Of a DNA stretch of 64,000 nucleotides, positions 59,901 through 64,000 are shown piece by piece (the stretch's first letter is position 1; each line of letters starts with the position of its first letter). The stretch is from Eledone cirrhosa (lineage: Eukaryota). The translations under genes were made by a program, and so were the position numbers. The notes beneath the pieces were generated by a model, which saw only the letters and a program-made list of their open reading frames with translations, was not told the DNA's origin and ran no database searches. Location of the stretch: the NCBI GenBank assembly GCA_964016885.1, contig OZ024747.1, positions 62,001 to 126,000 on the forward strand, in the 5' to 3' direction.

Positions 59901-60901
59901 ACAACAACATGTCCACCAACACCAACCATAACTCAACAAGCTATAATATTTTCCTATCACATCTTAGTCGTTAACCATCAACCATCTCTACCATTACTGT
60001 ATCCATATCACTTGAGTCACCTTCATGTAATTGATGTCATAGGCTGTATGGTTTAATGTGTATTATATGTCAGGCTGTATGGTTTAATGTGTATTATGTC
60101 ATAGGCTGTATGGTTTAATTTGTATTATATGTCATAGGCTGTATGGTTTAATGTATATTATATGTTTTAGGGTTGCACCATTGTGTCAAAACTTCGTCCA
60201 GTTGACCAACTGAGGAGACTGCTTATTTCATGCCAAGGTCCAGAGTCAGAAGCTGTCAAGGACTTTTTCTCTCTACACAAGGTATACACTTCTGTTCTCT
60301 GTTACTATAATTCTGTTAATCTCTTAATCTCTACCTCTATTATTTTGTTAACCTCTGTTACTATAATTCTGTTATATTTGGGGAGGGTAATGTTGCCAGT
60401 ATTACCAATAAAAAAAGCACAGGCACCATATGATTTTCTCTTTTTCACTTTTACTACTTATTGGTTAATTTGTCAAAGATCTTTCATCACACATTCTGTG
60501 ACCTCCTCAATGACTATCTGTTCTTTTTTTGTGCCTCCTTTTCTTTCTGGTCTTAATCTGTTACTCCATCATGGAGTAACAGATTAAGATCAGAAAAGAG
60601 AATAGATAGTCATTGAGGAGATCATATAATGTGTGAGGAAAGATCTTTGATGCACTAACCAATAACTAGTAATAAAGAAAAAGTGAAAATGATAATGTGT
60701 GTTTCTTTTTATTGCTAATACTGGCAAAATGACCCTTCACAAATATAACTGTCAGACATATTGTTTGGTGTACAAAAGTTCATTTTATTATCTTCAACCT
60801 CTGATTTAATGCCATGTTTTTGTCTCACTTCTTCACAGGTAGACCAAGCATGTGCTGCATGTTTAATTCTGGCTTGCTCTCGTTCTCCCAGTGACCAACA
60901 A
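30562..60901 (+). CDS. NUP155: Nuclear pore complex protein Nup155, N-terminal 566 codons over 15 exons (3'-incomplete)
   Basis: Joined exons give recognisable Nup155 motifs: [88 protein letters not shown]. All intron phases are compatible; total 1698 nt. Confidence 0.95.
31134..31567 (-). mobile_element. Helitron-like copy interrupted by a SINE (about 31335-31475)
   Basis: Reverse complement of parts of 26970-27442. Confidence 0.6.
31674..31812. repeat. 33-bp tandem repeat x4
   Basis: Unit GTTGAnnTTTGTAAGACCrrTACATTGGTGGTT. Confidence 0.95.
31862..32183 (+). mobile_element. tRNA-derived SINE (same family; B-box region deleted)
   Basis: GGAGGCACATGGCTTAGTGG head ... GGACGTAAAATGATGATG tail. 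Confidence 0.85.
32277..32808 (-). mobile_element. RTE LINE 3' end (same subfamily as 47536-48603)
   Basis: Near-identical to 47536-48058. Confidence 0.85.
32955..33092 (+). CDS. NUP155: NUP155 coding exon 2
   Basis: ttccAG acceptor. Encodes [13 protein letters not shown]...VEHFG. Donor GTATCCTTT (U12-type). Confidence 0.92.
33093..35488 (+). other. U12-type (minor spliceosome) GT-AG intron of NUP155
   Basis: 5' splice site GTATCCTTT. Branch site TCCTTAAAT at 35471-35479, 9 nt before the intron end. No long polypyrimidine tract. Confidence 0.88.
35489..35585 (+). CDS. NUP155: NUP155 coding exon 3
   Basis: Encodes [32 protein letters not shown]. Donor GG|GTAAGT. Confidence 0.93.
35750..37125 (+). 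mobile_element. CR1/Jockey-group LINE RT pseudogene
   Basis: [46 protein letters not shown] motifs, with stops and frameshifts. Confidence 0.88.
37665..37735 (+). CDS. NUP155: NUP155 coding exon 4
   Basis: Encodes [23 protein letters not shown]. Sites tgcAG / G|GTGAG. Confidence 0.92.
38583..39498 (-). mobile_element. Non-autonomous Helitron with internal duplications
   Basis: A|TCTATATATAT 5' end, 3' hairpin CCCGTGCAACGCCGGG, CTAG|T end. A ~155-bp block is duplicated at about 39046 and 39323. Confidence 0.85.
40057..40149 (+). CDS. NUP155: NUP155 coding exon 5
   Basis: Encodes [30 protein letters not shown]. Sites tatAG / G|GTTCAG. Confidence 0.9.
40413..40985 (-). mobile_element. Helitron-like copy (family of 26970-27442)
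   Basis: Reverse-complement similarity over its whole length. Confidence 0.6.
40991..42296. mobile_element. piggyBac MITE split by a nested piggyBac insertion
   Basis: TTAA at 40987 and 42297. Body matches 7315-7466. Confidence 0.7.
41197..42281 (-). mobile_element. piggyBac transposon, internally deleted, with N-terminal transposase remnant
   Basis: TTAA|CCCTTTAG...CTAAAGGG|TTAA. Acidic N-terminus SSDTDFEGF, then [25 protein letters not shown] (PGBD4-like). Confidence 0.85.
42950..43550. repeat. Palindromic element with two outward-facing tRNA-like heads
   Basis: Perfect 26-bp outer inverted repeat TATAAAGAATGGTGTGCTCATGCATG (42950 / ending 43500). B-box-like motifs on both arms. Confidence 0.7.
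43256..43442. mobile_element. piggyBac MITE inserted in the right arm of the palindrome
   Basis: TTAA|CCTTTTAATGTTCA...AAATGCTAAAGGG|TTAA. Confidence 0.8.
43611..43771 (+). CDS. NUP155: NUP155 coding exon 6
   Basis: Encodes [16 protein letters not shown]...[18 protein letters not shown]. Sites tgtAG / CAG|GTAAAC. Confidence 0.92.
44621..44726 (+). CDS. NUP155: NUP155 coding exon 7
   Basis: Encodes [35 protein letters not shown]. Sites cttcAG / G|GTGAG. Confidence 0.92.
44788..47031 (+). mobile_element. RTE LINE, 5'-truncated, sense to NUP155 in intron 7
   Basis: All RT motifs present, one frameshift near 45660, stop at about 45858, 3'UTR and (GAT)n tail. Confidence 0.93.
47536..48603 (-). 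mobile_element. RTE LINE 3' fragment, inverted relative to 44788-47031
   Basis: ORF 48508-48062 is nearly the same protein as 45870-46649. Confidence 0.92.
49577..49650 (+). CDS. NUP155: NUP155 coding exon 8
   Basis: Encodes [24 protein letters not shown]. Sites (tc)n-cAG / CAG|GTGAGG. Confidence 0.92.
49790..50180 (+). mobile_element. Decayed CRE-like LINE 3' fragment
   Basis: [16 protein letters not shown] resembles AWLFQRISLAITRGN of 18575-19340. Confidence 0.55.
50414..50505 (+). CDS. NUP155: NUP155 coding exon 9
   Basis: Encodes [30 protein letters not shown]. Sites tttcAG / GG|GTATGA. Confidence 0.9.
51511..51608 (+). CDS. NUP155: NUP155 coding exon 10
   Basis: Encodes [32 protein letters not shown]. 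Sites ttccAG / G|GTTAGT. Confidence 0.92.
53103..53267 (+). CDS. NUP155: NUP155 coding exon 11
   Basis: Encodes VRLYF...[13 protein letters not shown]...HYKK. Sites gtcAG / G|GTTTGT. Confidence 0.92.
54428..54528 (+). CDS. NUP155: NUP155 coding exon 12
   Basis: Encodes [33 protein letters not shown]. Sites tttAG / AAG|GTATAT. Confidence 0.9.
55050..55860 (-). mobile_element. Decayed RTE LINE 3' fragment
   Basis: [27 protein letters not shown] motifs. Confidence 0.85.
56421..58591 (-). mobile_element. Gypsy LTR retrotransposon (CsRn1-like), deleted: gag end, protease, RT, partial RNase H, no integrase
   Basis: [54 protein letters not shown]. Termini TGTAGC...GCCACA. Probable TSD AGTGT/AATGT (4 of 5 match). 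Confidence 0.88.
58664..58819 (+). CDS. NUP155: NUP155 coding exon 13
   Basis: Encodes [16 protein letters not shown]...[22 protein letters not shown]. Sites catAG / CAG|GTTTGT. Confidence 0.9.
58882..59090. repeat. ~29-bp tandem repeat CCCTACTCCACTTTAACAACCACTCCAYC, about 7 units
   Basis: Direct reading. Confidence 0.92.
59185..59760. repeat. 27/30-bp minisatellite CCACCACTATCTACTACTACACCCTAA, about 21 units
   Basis: Direct reading. Three unit variants. Confidence 0.95.
60036..60165. repeat. 31-33-bp tandem repeat GTCATAGGCTGTATGGTTTAATGTGTATTATAT x4 abutting the exon 14 acceptor
   Basis: Direct reading. Confidence 0.92.
60171..60281 (+). CDS. NUP155: NUP155 coding exon 14
   Basis: Encodes [18 protein letters not shown]...DFFSLHK. 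Sites ttttAG / AAG|GTATAC. Confidence 0.92.
60371..60749. mobile_element. Foldback/MITE-like palindrome in NUP155 intron 14
   Basis: GTTATATTTG..AGGGT.AT.TTGCCAGTATTA at both ends. Perfect 19-bp central arms at 60551-60569 / 60571-60589. Confidence 0.85.
60839..60901 (+). CDS. NUP155: NUP155 coding exon 15 (63 nt, phase 0-0)
   Basis: Encodes [21 protein letters not shown]. Sites cacAG / CAA|GTAAGT. Confidence 0.88.
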
Positions 60902-60930
60902 GTAAGTATATTAATTTTGAGCTTAACTGT

Positions 60931-61855
60931 ATATTATACTAGACATGAAAAATGCGCAAGCTCAAAAGTGCCACAGAATGTTATAATAAACCTTCAAAAG
61001 TGTGGGACTAGAGTTGTTGCTAAAAAATATTGTAATCATTATATATCGTACATTCTGTGGCATCCTTTATAAAAATAGCTTAAACCAACGAAGCCTTTAT
61101 TTTTACGCTATTTCACTTAGTTAATTCTTAGAGTGTAACATATAAAAATATGATTTACAACTATAAAATAAATTAATTAATATAATAACAGAGCTGCGGA
61201 GCTGAAATTTAGGAAATAATGGAGTATCGGATCCTGAGTTGGAGCCAGTCAATTTTTGGCCGACTCCGCAGCCCTGTATAATACATTTCATATTAAAGTT
61301 ATTAATAAACCTATTTTACACCATGAGATATTGATATTAGATAAGATACAGCGCAATATCTACAGCTGTAAAAGTACGAAAGCGAAGTAATAATAAGTGG
61401 CTTAAGGTAATTCCAATATGAAAGTTTGTAGTGATAAAAATTTGATAATGCAATACGATTGTTAATATTATAGTTCTATGAAAATGTAACAATAGATAAC
61501 TAAATTATTTTACTATTAGTATATTTAAGAAATTATCATTATAGATTTGATCGTTCATATAAGCATCATATTAATTTTCAACACAATTATTTTGTTACTA
61601 TGAGTATATGATAATAATATTACGTAATTATTTATAGCTGTTATTACATTAAACATAGATGTATTTATTTTTATATGTTACACTCTAAGAATTAACTAAG
61701 TGAAATAGCGTAAAAATAAAGGATGCCACAGAATGTACGATATATAATGATTACAATATTTTTTAGCAACAACTCTAGTCCCACACCTTTGAAGGTTTAT
61801 TATAACATTCTGTGGCACTTTTGAGCTTGCGCATTTTTCATGTCTAGTTTAATAT
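60931..61855. mobile_element. Foldback element with ~190-bp near-identical TIRs
   Basis: 60931-61150 is the reverse complement of about 61667-61855, apart from a ~30-nt indel and a few substitutions. Confidence 0.88.
61189..61276. mobile_element. hAT-type MITE nested in the foldback
   Basis: TIR CAG(A/G)GCTGCGGAG. 8-bp flanks TATAATAA / TATAATAC. Confidence 0.75.
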
Positions 61856-62994
61856 TTTTTTATGGCAACGCTTGTAATAACTCTAGTTAAACAGGATATA
61901 TATTAATAATAAATTATCGTTGTAATGTAATTGGATTATGTAATTGTTATTATAAATTATCTTATAAATATTAGTGTAAGATGTATAAAAATATTTTCAG
62001 ACTTTTAATATAAACAACTACAATAAACAATACAAAAACAAAATATTTACATACAATTGCAATTATCAGTGTATATACATTTTCTTTATATTCCCTGAGC
62101 AAATTAATAAGATTTGTTTTTATTGTACATAATTTGATGACTTGTTGGAGTGTATTAAAAGATAGCAACAATTTGTGATTAAATTGTTATCTTAAGCAAC
62201 TCACTTTTTAATAGTTGTTGGCTGAGCGAAATTGTAAAAGCCTATGAGCAAATCTAAAAAAAAATACACAAATAACATTTCCTTGTGTTATTACAACATT
62301 AGATAAAATAATTGAGCAATGTCGTTATATTTTGCTCTTATTGCACATTAATAGTGTTTCTATTTTTCGGCACAAATCCATTACGGCAGTCCATTACTGG
62401 TACTTTATTTTATCGAATTAGTAAGTATGAAAGTCGAAGTTAACCTCGGCAGGATTTGAACTTAGAATGCAAAGGACCATAACAATACTGCAAAGCATGG
62501 TGTCTGACGCTCTACCAATACTTGTGTTGAGCTGGTCATTAATTTATGGTGGTCGTGCGTGGAGTAGAGCAATCGCTAGTTGAAATATTATGAACAAAAC
62601 ATTTTTATTTGCCGAAGAACATATTTTCAATACTGTTTGTGAATGTGACGAAGGAAATACATTCTGATATGGAACAGTGTACAAAGTGTGTCTGTGAATA
62701 ACATAATGTTACCTCATGTTGTTGTCAAGACATAATGGATTTCGTATATCCAGTTAGAAGATGAAACCTAGCCATCTCGGATTAGTTATATTTCATGCCA
62801 TGTGTAAACGTGTTTGAGGATAGCAAAATATGCGTGTTTCTTGTCTGGAAACTTTCTGCTAAACTGATTGGTTTCGTTTTTGGCACTATACAATACTCAT
62901 CCAACAGATAGCTGTATTGGATCCTTGATTGGTTAATATTTAGGTGAGGGTGCTTGATGCAGAGTTAGTGCAAAATGGATCAATGAGTGTAATA

Positions 62995-63643
62995 ATAATA
63001 ATGATAATAATAATGAAAATATTGTGTACAATGCTGAGGTGCACTACAACTCATCAAAAGTGCATATATAATACATAGGGTAATATAAAAACGTCATGAA
63101 AAAAGAACAGTGCATGAGTCATGATATACACATATGTGCATGTGTATGGAAGGGGGACATCAGGTGTAGTTTTGGTGTATTTCGGAATGTATGATGGTTT
63201 TAAAGGATGCAGTGTGTCATCAGCTAACAACTGATGCAGGAAGTTTGTTCCATCCTTCAGCAACTCTGAGCATGAAGAAATATTTCCTAAAGTCATGGGA
63301 GCTGTGTTGTTTTCTGACTTTGTAGGCATGTCCACGTGTTAGACGCATGGAGATCAAAAAGGTGTTCGGGGTTGTTGTTGGTCGGATGGTTAATAACTTT
63401 GTGGGTGTTTACCAAGTCCTTTGCCAGAGGGAAGCAAAATATTCAGGGTATGGTAGGTGTCTGATGGAGGGTATGCGCTTGGTTGCATGTCTCTGAACAG
63501 TTTCCAGGAGGTCAATGTTCTGAGCAAGATAGGGGTTCCAGACTGATGACGCGAACTCCAAGTGTATTCGTACCATAGATGTATACAGCTTTAAATAGAT
63601 GGCTGGAGAGCAGCTAATGAAGGTCTTGCTGATTGATGCCAAG
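62995..63643 (-). mobile_element. CR1-group LINE 3' fragment
   Basis: LYTSMVRIHLEFASSVWNPY..DLLETVQRHATK. 3' end matches 23918-24350. Confidence 0.85.
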
Positions 63644-64000
63644 TCAATCTTAATAAATTGACTGATTTATCTGTTCACTACTGCTAATCCACCGCTGTTT
63701 GTACAATTTTTTAGATAATGTCAATTTGAGCTTGAATCATTGGCGTAATGAAATTTGAAAAGATTATAAGCAAATCTTTTTTAAAATACACAGACAACAT
63801 TTAACTGTATCGTTGCAACATTAGATCTAATAATGGAGCAACATTTGTGCAGAATTATTGTTTGTGCAATAAGATATTTGCAGATCTGTACTTGGTCTGC
63901 TCTTTAGCCAACTCGGTACGTTTAGAAGCTCTACGCTCGGCTTGCTTTTGAGATATAATAGCTGAATTTGCAGATCTATACTTGGCCTGCTTGTTTGCCA

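Overview
AT-rich animal genomic DNA, not prokaryotic. Its SINE and RTE families resemble Octopus repeats as I recall them, so a coleoid cephalopod source is likely but inferred. Two spliced genes lie head-to-head. PRELID1 (- strand) has 3 coding exons spanning 11435-13463 and encodes 215 aa. NUP155 (+ strand) has 15 coding exons spanning 30562-60901 (566 codons) and continues past the window. All exons were read by hand and join in frame at GT-AG sites. The rest is mostly decayed mobile DNA: RTE, CR1, HERO and CRE LINEs, tRNA-derived SINEs, a Gypsy element, Chapaev3, piggyBac, pogo and hAT elements, Helitrons, foldbacks and minisatellites. The most notable signals are: a U12-type intron in NUP155; large inverted repeats next to NUP155 exons (candidate dsRNA/ADAR substrates); an in-frame read-through from NUP155 exon 7 into a LINE RT; several hammerhead-ribozyme-like motifs; a palindromic element with two divergent tRNA-like heads; and a 29-bp minisatellite with 5-unit higher-order structure. 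No complete novel protein-coding system is visible. Repeat boundaries are approximate unless a TSD or TIR is quoted.
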